64,000 nucleotides of DNA from a virus. The notes under the pieces are model-generated. The model had not been told where the DNA came from. It worked only from the letters and a program-made list of their open reading frames with translations, and made no database searches. Each line of letters begins with the position of its first letter. Position 1 is the stretch's first letter. Where the stretch lies: the IMG/VR virus record IMGVR_UViG_3300012921_000081, positions 1,206-65,205 of that record; one strand, 5' to 3'. Below are positions 26,294 through 36,079 of this stretch, one piece after another. Made by a program: the position numbers and the translations under genes.

Positions 26294-27601
26294 TTACTTC
26301 TTCACCGTTCCGGTCGTTGCGTCCTTCACCGCCGTCGATAGCTCCGCAATCCGCCCCTCGAGCTTCTTGAGGACGTCGCTCTCGATGACAGTGCCTGCAC
26401 CCGACGGTGCGAGTTCCTTCGAAACCGACCGCTCGACCAGCGTCTTAATTTCGTCGAGCGTGGTCTCCAGCGACTTGATGCGCACCATCAATCGCTCTTC
26501 AACCGCCGCGAGTTCGGCATTGCCTCCGGCATCGTCCGTGCTTTCGGAGGCCTTGCCATCGCCGCCGCCGGCCTTGGCGTCGGTTGGTTCGTCCTTCTTG
26601 TCGTTCTTGGGCTCCTCGATCGGAGCGACTTCCTCGGCCGAGAAGAAACCCATCTCGCGGCCCTTCACTTTCACGGCGTCCCAGATCAGCGGCACGTCGA
26701 TCTCGTCGTGCTTCGGGATTTCCGCATCGGGGAAGAGTGACTTCCACATAGCGCGGATCAGCGAGTCCTTGGCGGACCATTCCTGGGCCGAGCGGCTGCC
26801 ACGCATGATCATCTGTCGCGACAGGTCGCGGATGACCTGAACGTCCTGGGCGCGGAGCAACTTGGCGTCGCGCATGCTTCGGAGCGTGACAATGTGCGCG
26901 CCCGGGTTCGCCGGAATCGTCGCAACCGAGAACTCGTTGAGCTCGTTCTTGTCGAAGATGAGGCCATCGTTCTCGATGCCCAGCGCCTGCCGTTCTTTGA
27001 CGTCGCGGATGGTGATCACCCGACCAGGCATGAGGCCGACGCTGCCAGTGGTGAGGAAGCCGCTGTCAATCAGGCGGAACACGGTGGTGGCGAAATCCCA
27101 GTCGTCACTGAAGAGCGGGTTCATGCGAAGTGCCGGACCGGTGTAGTCACCGCCCGCGCGCTGCAGGACCTCCTCTGCGATCGACTTGCCGATGGGCGGC
27201 ATGTTCCAGTCGTGCCCGAACAGAATGACGGCGTTCTTGCGATAGTCGTTCAGAACCCAGTTTTGCAGAACGACGTCCCGGTGCTTGTCGATTCGCTGGT
27301 CGCTGGCCCACCATGCCACCACGCGTTTCTCCATGCCGTCCTTCCACTTCAGGCCGCGCGCCTCGGCGAGCGACTTGATGCTGGAGGCTTCCACCGCGGC
27401 GTCAGCCTTCGAGTGGATGCCGGGCATGCTCTTGATGATTTTCAGACGGCCGTCACCGTCGAGCCAAGCATCCGTCGCCGCGGCGAGGGTGGGGGAGACT
27501 GACCGAAGCCGCTTGCTGCGCTCGGTGATTTCAGCCAGTGCCTTGTCGAAGGTGAGCTCCTCGACCGACTTGAGATTCTTGAGTTCAATGAGCGGAGGCA
27601 T
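26294..27601 (-). CDS. HK97-family prohead protease
   Basis: WASDQRIDKHRDVV...NAVILFGHDW..PPIG...GSVG...ELNEFSVATIPANPGA. Confidence 0.9.
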   Translation of the reverse strand: MPPLIELKNLKSVEELTFDKALAEITERSKRLRSVSPTLAAATDAWLDGDGRLKIIKSMPGIHSKADAAVEASSIKSLAEARGLKWKDGMEKRVVAWWASDQRIDKHRDVVLQNWVLNDYRKNAVILFGHDWNMPPIGKSIAEEVLQRAGGDYTGPALRMNPLFSDDWDFATTVFRLIDSGFLTTGSVGLMPGRVITIRDVKERQALGIENDGLIFDKNELNEFSVATIPANPGAHIVTLRSMRDAKLLRAQDVQVIRDLSRQMIMRGSRSAQEWSAKDSLIRAMWKSLFPDAEIPKHDEIDVPLIWDAVKVKGREMGFFSAEEVAPIEEPKNDKKDEPTDAKAGGGDGKASESTDDAGGNAELAAVEERLMVRIKSLETTLDEIKTLVERSVSKELAPSGAGTVIESDVLKKLEGRIAELSTAVKDATTGTVKK

Positions 27602-27611
27602 GGTGGACCTT

Positions 27612-30098
27612 TCATCGCAAGGGTCGGTGGTTGCACCGGCAGTTCACGACTTCGGAAGCGGGAGCCTCGGGGTCGTGCGGGTATCGAAGTTTCCCGCTCA
27701 CGGCTCCCAATCCCGCAGGACGAATGGTGAGAAAATCAAAGCCAGCCTCGACGACACCCTTTTCCCCGTACGTCGCATGGCTCTCGCGGACGTGCTCGCC
27801 GCCGGCCGTGATCCATTCCTTACGCTTCATCCCTTGGGCGGTGAACATGACGTCGCGGCCACCGTTCGCGAATGCACCCGCCTCGGTCCGGGCCACCGAC
27901 AGAGACTTGGCCGAGGACGCGGAGACGTCATACACGTGCGACACGCGCTGCCGAAGTTCGGCACGCGTCTCACCCGCCAGGAATCCCTCCACCAGTGAGG
28001 ACCGCAGATTCTTCTGAATGGTCGTTGACACCTGGCCCACGAACCGGCGCTGATACACGTCGAGCCAGTTCATGAGTGGAGGATCGTCGAACTCGAACAC
28101 CGTCACTCCGGCGAAGTCATTGGCGGCCGTGAACGCGTACACGTTCTCGAGTGACGCGACGTATGTCGGGCGGATCGACCTGGCCAGGCGGTTGGTCATG
28201 TCGTTTGTGGGAACGATGATCTCGTCGGAGTACTTCTCGGCCTCGGCTCGCTTGTCGTCGTCGGACGTTGCGCGGATGACGACGCCAGCCGACGTCATCT
28301 TGAGTCGCCTCGTCGCGGCGTCAAACCGCTGCAACTGCACGTCGCTTTCGCCGCGCACCCATCGCCTCCAGACGGGGACGTAGACCCGCTCCATCGGGAC
28401 GCAGACCTTTTCCTGCAGCTCGCCCCAGTAGCGGTCAGAACGGGCGCGCCGGATCTCGGAAGTGAGTGACGTGGCGAGACGGCGCAGGCCGGCCGACGGA
28501 GTGGGTTTGCTTTGTTTCGGCGGATCAGTTGCATCGGGCGACGGTTGGGACGGATCCGAGCCAGGCTCCGCGGACGGGTCGGTGTTTGCCGCGGCGGGAT
28601 CTTGCGGATCCTCACCCGGATTCGCCGTTGGCTTCGTGCCGGAGACATCGGACCCGCCGTCCAGGATCGACTCACTCGGAACGACCATCGGCGACACCAA
28701 CGCAACGTCGTCGCCGTCGTACGCCGGGACGTCGAGGCCCACCACGTCATATGCCACGCGCGGCGGTGCATGCAGTTCGGTCCCGCACATGCTGCGCGCG
28801 GTGGCGATCTTGTCGGAGACGCCAGCGCGGAGGGCCTGAACCGTGGACGTGTCGAACATGCCGACTATGGAATCCGGTTCCTCGTTGAGCAGCGTCTCGT
28901 CGAAGATGTCCTCCGCGAGGCGGACGATGGGGAAGAGGCACTTGTCCCAGAAGTTGAAGTCCTGGCTGATGGCGCTGGCGTAGGGCAATCCGTCGTTGAT
29001 GCTCAGCACCGACTTTGGGACGCTGAGGGTGGCGAGTACTTCATCGCGGTCCCATTCCCGCATGCGGCCATGTTCCATGTCCTTGGGCGTCATGCCGGTC
29101 TGCTGGTAGTCGAAGAACCCATCAAGCACCAGCATGCGGTTCACGTTCTCTGGGCCCGAGTGCCGCTCGTTGATGTCGGCTTCGAACTTCTGACGTTCCT
29201 TCGTGTCTTTGAACGTGCCACCGGTGCGGCGATCAAAGACGATGCCGCCAGGATTGGCGCCGTTGATGAGCGTCGATCGATTCCAACGCATCGACAGCAT
29301 GTCGAGTTCGATGCCCGCCATGGCGGCCGCGATCGGCGCCAAGCCGCGGAGCGGATCGTCGGGGTTGTAGAACTTCAACTGGACGACTTCGGCGAGCGTG
29401 AGCGACTGAGACACCGCCGAGCCGAGCATTCCGCGCCGCGGGTTGTACCGCCACCCGACCAGCGTGGACCCCGCCACGATTGGTTCCAGGCACTCGGGTG
29501 GCACGGGCCAGATCTGAGAAGGGATCTCCGCCGGACCGAGCCGTGCCCCGCCCTCACCAGTCAGCAGCCAGGCACACTCGCCCTTCGCCACCCAGATAAC
29601 GATGGTGGCATACCAGAGCATCGCCGAACCTTGGATGTACGGGTTCGGGCGCGACATCGCGGCTGTCAGTGGGTGATCCGTGAAGCGCTCAACGCCGGTG
29701 GGATTCACGCCCGACTTCCGGCAAGCGCGGTTCAGGTGCCTTGTGACGGCCGTGCGTTTGTGCCCACGCTGCGGACCAGTCCACTGCCGACCAGACCGAA
29801 GCACCGCCTGCTTGCGGCGCTGCAGCTCGCCGTCGGTTTCCTGGTAGATCCCGAAGGACGCCTGCGAGATGTTCTTGGCGATCGCCGACGCGGCCGCGTA
29901 CACCCAGGCATGAGTCTTGAACGGGTTGAGCGCCCGCGACGTCGGCGGCATGCCGAGGCTTTGGATCGCCTCATAGAACTGCCCAATGGATTTGAACCGA
30001 ACCGTGACAGGCGCAGACGAGCGAGTGGTGTCCACCGATTCACGCCATGGCTGACCGTCCGGACCGAGCAGAACCGGCATCTTGCTTGAGTCGTTCAC
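27612..30098 (-). CDS. Phage portal protein fused to head morphogenesis (Mu gpF/SPP1 gp7-like) domain
   Basis: WVYAAASAIA, RPNPY, GLAPI, NGANPGG (portal); C-terminal ARTEA...KEWITA..HVRESH...RYPHDP...VNCRC. Confidence 0.9.
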   Translation of the reverse strand: MNDSSKMPVLLGPDGQPWRESVDTTRSSAPVTVRFKSIGQFYEAIQSLGMPPTSRALNPFKTHAWVYAAASAIAKNISQASFGIYQETDGELQRRKQAVLRSGRQWTGPQRGHKRTAVTRHLNRACRKSGVNPTGVERFTDHPLTAAMSRPNPYIQGSAMLWYATIVIWVAKGECAWLLTGEGGARLGPAEIPSQIWPVPPECLEPIVAGSTLVGWRYNPRRGMLGSAVSQSLTLAEVVQLKFYNPDDPLRGLAPIAAAMAGIELDMLSMRWNRSTLINGANPGGIVFDRRTGGTFKDTKERQKFEADINERHSGPENVNRMLVLDGFFDYQQTGMTPKDMEHGRMREWDRDEVLATLSVPKSVLSINDGLPYASAISQDFNFWDKCLFPIVRLAEDIFDETLLNEEPDSIVGMFDTSTVQALRAGVSDKIATARSMCGTELHAPPRVAYDVVGLDVPAYDGDDVALVSPMVVPSESILDGGSDVSGTKPTANPGEDPQDPAAANTDPSAEPGSDPSQPSPDATDPPKQSKPTPSAGLRRLATSLTSEIRRARSDRYWGELQEKVCVPMERVYVPVWRRWVRGESDVQLQRFDAATRRLKMTSAGVVIRATSDDDKRAEAEKYSDEIIVPTNDMTNRLARSIRPTYVASLENVYAFTAANDFAGVTVFEFDDPPLMNWLDVYQRRFVGQVSTTIQKNLRSSLVEGFLAGETRAELRQRVSHVYDVSASSAKSLSVARTEAGAFANGGRDVMFTAQGMKRKEWITAGGEHVRESHATYGEKGVVEAGFDFLTIRPAGLGAVSGKLRYPHDPEAPASEVVNCRCNHRPLR

Positions 30099-30784
30099 TT
30101 CTTGGTCTCCTGGCGGAATCGATCTTGAACCGCTCGGAGCAACACTCCGCGTTTATCACCGTGGATCACGCAGGCCTCCGGATACTTCTCCAAGACGTCG
30201 GGCTCGATGGGCGGTCCGTCGCGGTGCCACAGGCAGCGGATGAGCGATGTCGGATAGCCGCGGTGCACCGGGAGTTTGCGGCGGTTGAACAGCTCCAGGT
30301 CCCAGGACTTGTTCGGGTTCACGCGCTCGACCGCGTCAAGGAGCTCAGGCGTCGTGACGTACACCGAGCAGCCGCTGTAATGCTCGACCGGCGCGTCGGG
30401 CGTGAATCCCGGCACCTTCCAGTGCCCGAAGACACACCGCTTGAGGTCGAACGGCTTCCGCGACTGGCACAATTCGTCAAGCTCGTTCAATGCCGACGGC
30501 CGCGTGAGAACGGCGTCAGGCTCCAGCCAAAGCACCGGAGAATTCACGGGCATGTCACGCATGATGAGTTTGAACATGCTCGTGCACGACCTGGGCCATC
30601 CCCCAGACCAAGCCTTGCCCACAGTGATCTCGGGTCCGTCGTCGTCCTTGCATTGAACGACATACCCGTCGTCCTGGCGGTGGTAGCGGAGGATCGAATG
30701 ATCGCCCGCGCACTGGCCCGCGAGGTTCGCCAGCTCGTGCGCCATGGCGAAGTCACCCATCCAGCTGGGAATCACCACGATCAT
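30095..30784 (-). CDS. Putative GT-A-like glycosyltransferase, paralog 1
   Basis: LWLEPD (DxD-like), VFGH, SGCSVY, terminal IHGDK. Family call is an inference. Confidence 0.5.
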   Translation of the reverse strand: MIVVIPSWMGDFAMAHELANLAGQCAGDHSILRYHRQDDGYVVQCKDDDGPEITVGKAWSGGWPRSCTSMFKLIMRDMPVNSPVLWLEPDAVLTRPSALNELDELCQSRKPFDLKRCVFGHWKVPGFTPDAPVEHYSGCSVYVTTPELLDAVERVNPNKSWDLELFNRRKLPVHRGYPTSLIRCLWHRDGPPIEPDVLEKYPEACVIHGDKRGVLLRAVQDRFRQETKK

Positions 30785-31464
30785 GCGTCACCCCATACTG
30801 CGCGAAGCAGCGCGCCAGACTTGTCGCCGTGAATGAGAGCCGCGTTCGGGAAGGCATGCAGCGCCTTGGTAACGTCGTAGCGGAGATCTTCGAGGTACGG
30901 CTCGGACTGCCACCCCCAAATGCAACGGATGAGATTCGTGTCACGGTGAAACGCGCCGCCCTGGTCATCAGCCATCAGCAACTCGCCCAGCTGCTGGTCG
31001 TGCGGTTTGGCGTAGGTGATCTCGCGCAGGGCGGCAAGCAGGGTCGGCGTCGTGCGGTAGACGCACGCGCCGTTCACGAATCGAAATGACAGGACCATGT
31101 CGCGCTTATCGTGACCGAACAGGCAGAGTTCTGGTTGGTCTTGCACGCGGAGGTCAAACAGATCCTCGATCTCGTCGAGAAACGTCGCCCGAGTCGGACA
31201 GCAATCCGGCTCCAGCCAGAGGAACGGGCAACCAACCGGGAGCCAGTCCGCGATACCACAAACCATCTGGCCGCAGGTGTACGGGCCGGCGTTTGGGCGC
31301 ACGCCGAAGTGGAAAGGCTCGACGATGCCGTCAGGGCCGCAGTAGACGCGCACGAGCTTGTGCCGCTGGCGCCGATCGCCCAACTCGCACGCAGTCTTGG
31401 TGACGGAGTAGAGGCGGTCGGCAAGCTGCCGATCCGCGTCGCAGTATGGCATGAGGACAAGCAC
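30781..31464 (-). CDS. Putative GT-A-like glycosyltransferase, paralog 2
   Basis: LWLEPD, LFGH, NGACVY, LIRCIW, IHGDK; alignable with paralog 1 end to end. Confidence 0.5.
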   Translation of the reverse strand: MLVLMPYCDADRQLADRLYSVTKTACELGDRRQRHKLVRVYCGPDGIVEPFHFGVRPNAGPYTCGQMVCGIADWLPVGCPFLWLEPDCCPTRATFLDEIEDLFDLRVQDQPELCLFGHDKRDMVLSFRFVNGACVYRTTPTLLAALREITYAKPHDQQLGELLMADDQGGAFHRDTNLIRCIWGWQSEPYLEDLRYDVTKALHAFPNAALIHGDKSGALLRAVWGDA

Positions 31465-31473
31465 GGGAGGACC

Positions 31474-33123
31474 TCACAGCATGTCGTGGATGTACGCGGC
31501 GATGGTCGCGCGCATGGGAGGGGACTGAGTGCCGAAGCGAGCGGGGATCTTGATCTGCGACGTGCGGATGTCAGGCTTGGCCGTGTTGTTCGGCCGATCC
31601 ACAACCTGCGCCGCGCGAGATGACGCCCAAGATTGGAACTGGCGCCAGACCGCGAGGAAGCGAGTGCTGTCCCAATTGCCATAGCCAGGCAGAGCACCCC
31701 AGATTGCATACTCGTACACACCCTCGTCCCAGCAGGCCTTTAGAACCTCGAGCAAGTACGCGTCGTCGCCAGACTCGAACTTCGTCTCGTCGGTGTACTC
31801 GATCTGCTGAGCACCGATCCACGGGATGATGCGTTTGGACCGATCGCACGAACGGATCCTCGCGCGGGCCTGCTCAAGGTTGAGCTCGGCCGACGCTTCG
31901 TTGCGCGGCAAGTGGCCATTGGCATAGAGCACCGGCATCGAGATGCCACCGAGGATCTCCGGCATGCCGTGGTCGTAGTTCCCGTAGTCGTAGATGGCGC
32001 CGGGTTTGACCTTGACGTGGTCGTAGTCGCCCCACGCGACGGGCATGCCGGCGGCGGCGAACGGATCGGCAAGCGTCTCCTTGATGAGGTGCTGAGTCGC
32101 GTTGATGTAGAGCCGTACCACCTCGCGGCCGAGCACGTCGAGCTGCTCAGTACCAGCCAGGTTGAAGAGCGCGTCAGGCAGGATGTCGTTTGACCAGGCC
32201 CATATTCCGCGCGACACGAGCGAGGCCCGCCATGCTTCCAGCGTCATCGCCGTTCCGGTTGTCGGATCGGTGTAGACGGTTTCGGTGGTGTAGCGCGTCG
32301 TCGTCGAACCGGCCTCGGTCTTCGCGGCTTTCAGGTTCCGAAAGTCGCCGAGACGCCTGAAGCCGGGCAGAGTGACGTCGTAGCGCACCGAGTGAAACGT
32401 GCGGATGTCGTTGTAACACTCCGAGTCCCACATCAAGGCTTCGGGATATTGCAGCTGCACGGTTCCGCCGCCAAGGCCGCTCGGCACGCTGAACGAATCG
32501 CACTGCTGCTTGAGCTTCGCCGCGAACCACTGGCCGAACTTCTTGTTGGCTGTCAGCGCGTTGGCGTTGTACGGGTTGAACCGGCCCATCGGGATGTCGT
32601 CGGCGTCCGTGATCGGGATCCACGTCGGCTGCTTGTAGTCCTGCTGGACCGGGCTGCTGTTGCTGACCCCGTCAGCGGGATGGGCGAACGCCGTGAGCGA
32701 ACTGCCAGACGGCGTGTTGTCGAAGACGCCCCAACCCTGCGTGAAGACCGAACCACCGCGCGAGCCACCCGAGTATGCGCCGACGCCTCGGATGTACCCG
32801 TAGAAGTGCAGACGCTGGGCGTGGTTGACCGCCATGGCTTCTGCGATCGCCTGCAACTCCGCATCTGTTGCGGGGTAGTTGGTCGGCTGCGGTGCCGTTA
32901 CCGAGGGGTATCCGAGCGGCGTGTTCCCCGACCCGTTGGTGTATTTGGAGTTGGTGAAGTGAAAGAAGTTCACCGACGGATCGGTTCGCAGTGGGTCGCT
33001 GGTTCCGAGTGACCCCGCGCTGTCGACGTCGTTCCAGAGGTGGCACACTGGTGTTGACGGCGACGGCGCGAACCGCTGCTGGGCCGGGATCGGCGTCGGC
33101 GTGATGACCTGCGACTGCGTCAC
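31474..33123 (-). CDS. Large hypothetical protein, possibly TIM-barrel glycoside hydrolase-like
   Basis: 549 aa; alternating beta/alpha pattern with MWDSE, MPVLY, IIPWIG, YAIWG. Fold call is an inference. Confidence 0.4.
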   Translation of the reverse strand: MTQSQVITPTPIPAQQRFAPSPSTPVCHLWNDVDSAGSLGTSDPLRTDPSVNFFHFTNSKYTNGSGNTPLGYPSVTAPQPTNYPATDAELQAIAEAMAVNHAQRLHFYGYIRGVGAYSGGSRGGSVFTQGWGVFDNTPSGSSLTAFAHPADGVSNSSPVQQDYKQPTWIPITDADDIPMGRFNPYNANALTANKKFGQWFAAKLKQQCDSFSVPSGLGGGTVQLQYPEALMWDSECYNDIRTFHSVRYDVTLPGFRRLGDFRNLKAAKTEAGSTTTRYTTETVYTDPTTGTAMTLEAWRASLVSRGIWAWSNDILPDALFNLAGTEQLDVLGREVVRLYINATQHLIKETLADPFAAAGMPVAWGDYDHVKVKPGAIYDYGNYDHGMPEILGGISMPVLYANGHLPRNEASAELNLEQARARIRSCDRSKRIIPWIGAQQIEYTDETKFESGDDAYLLEVLKACWDEGVYEYAIWGALPGYGNWDSTRFLAVWRQFQSWASSRAAQVVDRPNNTAKPDIRTSQIKIPARFGTQSPPMRATIAAYIHDML

Positions 33124-33126
33124 GGC

Positions 33127-34302
33127 TTAAGCCCCTTGTGTTGAAACGGCTTCCATCTCGAGCTCATGACGCAACCAGGCCAGCTTCTCGGCGGTCGTGG
33201 GCAATCGGTGACGTGCGGCGCGACCAGATGCTCCCGCAGGCGCGACCACTTCGGACTGCGACTGGTAGAAGACTTCAAGTTCGACGCCGGCGCATCCGCA
33301 CAACGCACCCACGTCGCCGACGACGGTGCCATCGATCTGCAGGCCGAAGCTTGCGTCGGCGATCGCCGCCTTCGTGAGTTCGTATGGTCCGTGGCCCCAC
33401 AGGTCTGAGGATCCGCCCAGCGTCACGACGTTGAGGGCCTTGGTCATTGCTGCCAGGTCCAATGTCGCCGGGATGTCGAGCGATTTGATGTCGGCAGTCG
33501 GGTAGAGGCCGCCGGTGAGGTTCGCGGCACAGACAGACGCGGCGAGATTGACGCCGCCGCCGTAGAAGCGAAATACCACTCCGCGGATGATGGCGTCATC
33601 GGGAAGGCCAAGCGCAAAGCCAGCGAACACTCCGCCGTCCAGGTTGTTGCCGTCAATGTCGGCGACCGCGACGGGATTCAGGAAGCCGCCAAGCACGTTC
33701 ACAGACCCGTCAAAGACAGTGTCCGGATTGAATGGAACGTAGAAGCCGTCCGCGACGTAGCTGGTTGCCGCAGCGACCTTCGAACGGATCGGAAGCGATG
33801 GATAAGCGGCAGGCTCGTCGTAGACCACCTCAACCGTCACGGAGTGAACCCGTGCCTGCTGGCCCGCATTGGTCACGTACGCGGCGAACCGCACACCAAA
33901 CGATGTGCTGTTGATATCTCGCCATGTCCACGTCGTGCCCCAGAGATCTGAGAGAAGGTCACCGAAGATCTTGTCTGTCGATGTGGTCGGGTTGAGGTTG
34001 TTGCCCACGGCCTTGTTGGTGCCGATCGGTGACCCGTTCTTCAGCAGATGGACATCACTGTCGACCGTGCCCGAGGCGCCCGACTGCGAAAGTCCGAGTG
34101 TCACCCGCACTGATCGAACGATTGAGCCGGCGGGAAGGCTGAACCCAAAGTTGGTGAGGTCGAGGAAATCTGTTGCGCCCGATCCACTCGACGCCGTCGC
34201 AGTCGGGAACGTGCCCGGAGTCTGCCAGGAACGAGGGCTGCTCGCGTTGTCGGTGTTCACCCGGCTGGAGGGGTTCGTCTTTGTTGACGTGACGGTTGCC
34301 AT
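33127..34302 (-). CDS. Putative virion decoration/fibre protein with two internal beta-sandwich repeats
   Basis: Repeated FGFSLPAGSIVRSV...SDLWG..W...SFG and FALGLPDDAIIRGV...SDLWG...ASFG. Confidence 0.55.
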   Translation of the reverse strand: MATVTSTKTNPSSRVNTDNASSPRSWQTPGTFPTATASSGSGATDFLDLTNFGFSLPAGSIVRSVRVTLGLSQSGASGTVDSDVHLLKNGSPIGTNKAVGNNLNPTTSTDKIFGDLLSDLWGTTWTWRDINSTSFGVRFAAYVTNAGQQARVHSVTVEVVYDEPAAYPSLPIRSKVAAATSYVADGFYVPFNPDTVFDGSVNVLGGFLNPVAVADIDGNNLDGGVFAGFALGLPDDAIIRGVVFRFYGGGVNLAASVCAANLTGGLYPTADIKSLDIPATLDLAAMTKALNVVTLGGSSDLWGHGPYELTKAAIADASFGLQIDGTVVGDVGALCGCAGVELEVFYQSQSEVVAPAGASGRAARHRLPTTAEKLAWLRHELEMEAVSTQGA

Positions 34303-34304
34303 GA

Positions 34305-34805
34305 TCAGTTGTCCTGGTTGGGCGTGAACCGCTGCTCAAGATCCCGGATGGCATCCGTGAGCTGCGAAATGGCCTTGGTGTGTTCCTGGCGGTCGCGTCG
34401 AAGTTCCTCGCGGAACTCCTCACGCTGCAGACGCGATTCCTCGACAAACTGCGAAAAGACGTTCTTGGTGTGCTCAGCGAACTGCGAGACGATGCGCTCG
34501 GTCTGCTCACGGTGTGCGGTTGCCTGACGCTCGACTTGGTCACGCGCGGCGACTTGTGATCGCTCGAAAGCGTCGCCAATGAGCTTCATCGCGGCCGCGA
34601 TGCGGGGCACGGCCCAGATCACCAGTACGGTGACCAGGAGCAGGAAGGCGAGGAAGGTGCCGACCTCCGAGACGAGCTTGAGCACCTGCGCAGGTGGCAT
34701 CGAGTCAGCCTCGCCAGCCGTCATCAACCACATCGCCAAAGCCATGAGAGTGCTCCCGGACAAACCTGCACCGACGATGCTGACCGTGCCCGCGCGGCGG
34801 CTCAT
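34305..34805 (-). CDS. Holin-like membrane protein
   Basis: Two N-terminal hydrophobic helices followed by a charged coiled-coil; next to the spanin candidate. Confidence 0.5.
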   Translation of the reverse strand: MSRRAGTVSIVGAGLSGSTLMALAMWLMTAGEADSMPPAQVLKLVSEVGTFLAFLLLVTVLVIWAVPRIAAAMKLIGDAFERSQVAARDQVERQATAHREQTERIVSQFAEHTKNVFSQFVEESRLQREEFREELRRDRQEHTKAISQLTDAIRDLEQRFTPNQDN

Positions 34806-34812
34806 GTGGACC

Positions 34813-35070
34813 TCAGGCGACGATTTCGCAGTCCGAGCAAGTCACGGTTGTGTTGTAAAGGCCGGCGTGCTTTGTAACGATTCGGGCGCTGCCTTCTTCG
34901 TCACGTCCGTCGGAGATTTCGACTGCGACATCGATGTCAGCATTGCACGATGCCACGCCTTCTGCGACACGTCGCACAGTGCCGATACGCGTGACGCTGT
35001 CGTCGGGGTTGTGCTTGTGCTTGACGACTGAGCCGACCTTGACCTTGTTTCCGTTGCGATCATGAGGCAT
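34813..35070 (-). CDS. Small hypothetical protein (KOW/SH3-like)
   Basis: DRNGNKVKVGSVVKH motif; AGGAG RBS. Confidence 0.6.
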   Translation of the reverse strand: MPHDRNGNKVKVGSVVKHKHNPDDSVTRIGTVRRVAEGVASCNADIDVAVEISDGRDEEGSARIVTKHAGLYNTTVTCSDCEIVA

Positions 35071-35151
35071 TGCGAAACACTCCTGGCGTTTACCGAAACA
35101 TCTGGCCCCGATTTCGATACGGCGGTGCCGATCCGTGAAACGAAACGCTGA

Positions 35152-36003
35152 TCAGGTGAGACGCTCGTCGGCCACGATGGCGCGGGCCTCGGGCGTGAGC
35201 AGCAGCTGCAGTTCGGGCTTGAGTGCCTTCATTGCACTCGCCACTTCCGGTACCTGCCGCGCGCGGTCGACCAGGTTGACGATCGAACGCGCGGCCTTGT
35301 CCTTGGTCGTGGCGAGTTCCTCAGCGTCGTCTGCCCGGGCTTCCTGGGCCTTGGCGGTGAAGTGCTTGGCGACAGCCAGGACCGAAGCGCCTGCGGCACC
35401 AGTCAGACCGAGGCCGCCAATGAGCAGTGGGAGAAGTCCGCCGCTTCCGTTCTCGCCGAACACGGCACCAGTGATGGTGGACGTCCACGCCTTTTGTTCC
35501 GCGATCGATGCTTGAGCCGCCTGGATGCGTCCCTCGGTGATCTTGGCACGGGCGGCGAGGTCGGCCGTGAACTGGTTCCACCCGGCACTGATCTCAGCCT
35601 GCTTGGCATCGATCGACGCGAGGGCGGTGCGGAGCGAGATCTCGTCGTCATCGGATTCCGCGTCCACCCGCGCCGTGAGCTCGGCGACCTTCTGCCGTGT
35701 CTCCGCGTCGAGCTTGGCCAGTTCGTTGTCGAGCAGACGCTTGCGCTTCTTGGCGGCGGCCGTTGCCTTGTCGCGTGCTTCCTGGGCGGCGCGTTCCTCG
35801 GCCGACAGTTTGGCCTTCGCGGCGGCCTGCTCTTTCGCGAGGTCGGCTGCGGCCTGCCGATCCGCCTCCAGTTGCTCGAGCTTCAGGCCGGTGGACGTGA
35901 CACGCTTCCCGCTGACGGGGGATTCGACGGTGAACCAAGACTCACACCCGGCGGCGATGGCAACCGCGGCCGCGGCGACGACAAGGCAGAACGCGCGCTT
36001 CAT
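35152..36003 (-). CDS. Lipoprotein with coiled coil and C-terminal TM (unimolecular spanin-like)
   Basis: MKRAFCLVVAAAAVAIAAG-C lipobox, about 190 aa heptad region, TM LLPLLIGGLGLTGAAGASVLAVA. Confidence 0.6.
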   Translation of the reverse strand: MKRAFCLVVAAAAVAIAAGCESWFTVESPVSGKRVTSTGLKLEQLEADRQAAADLAKEQAAAKAKLSAEERAAQEARDKATAAAKKRKRLLDNELAKLDAETRQKVAELTARVDAESDDDEISLRTALASIDAKQAEISAGWNQFTADLAARAKITEGRIQAAQASIAEQKAWTSTITGAVFGENGSGGLLPLLIGGLGLTGAAGASVLAVAKHFTAKAQEARADDAEELATTKDKAARSIVNLVDRARQVPEVASAMKALKPELQLLLTPEARAIVADERLT

Positions 36004-36079
36004 GGGCAAAGACTCCGCGTTCCCCGAACCTCGAAGTCATGGTAACGGTCGGCAGATGAATCCCCGTCATTCGCGGCCT

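Noticed and set aside
24769-30089. Long plus-strand ORFs (24769..26370, 28512..30089 and others)
   Set aside because: Antisense shadows of capsid and portal genes caused by high GC3; no RBS or motifs.
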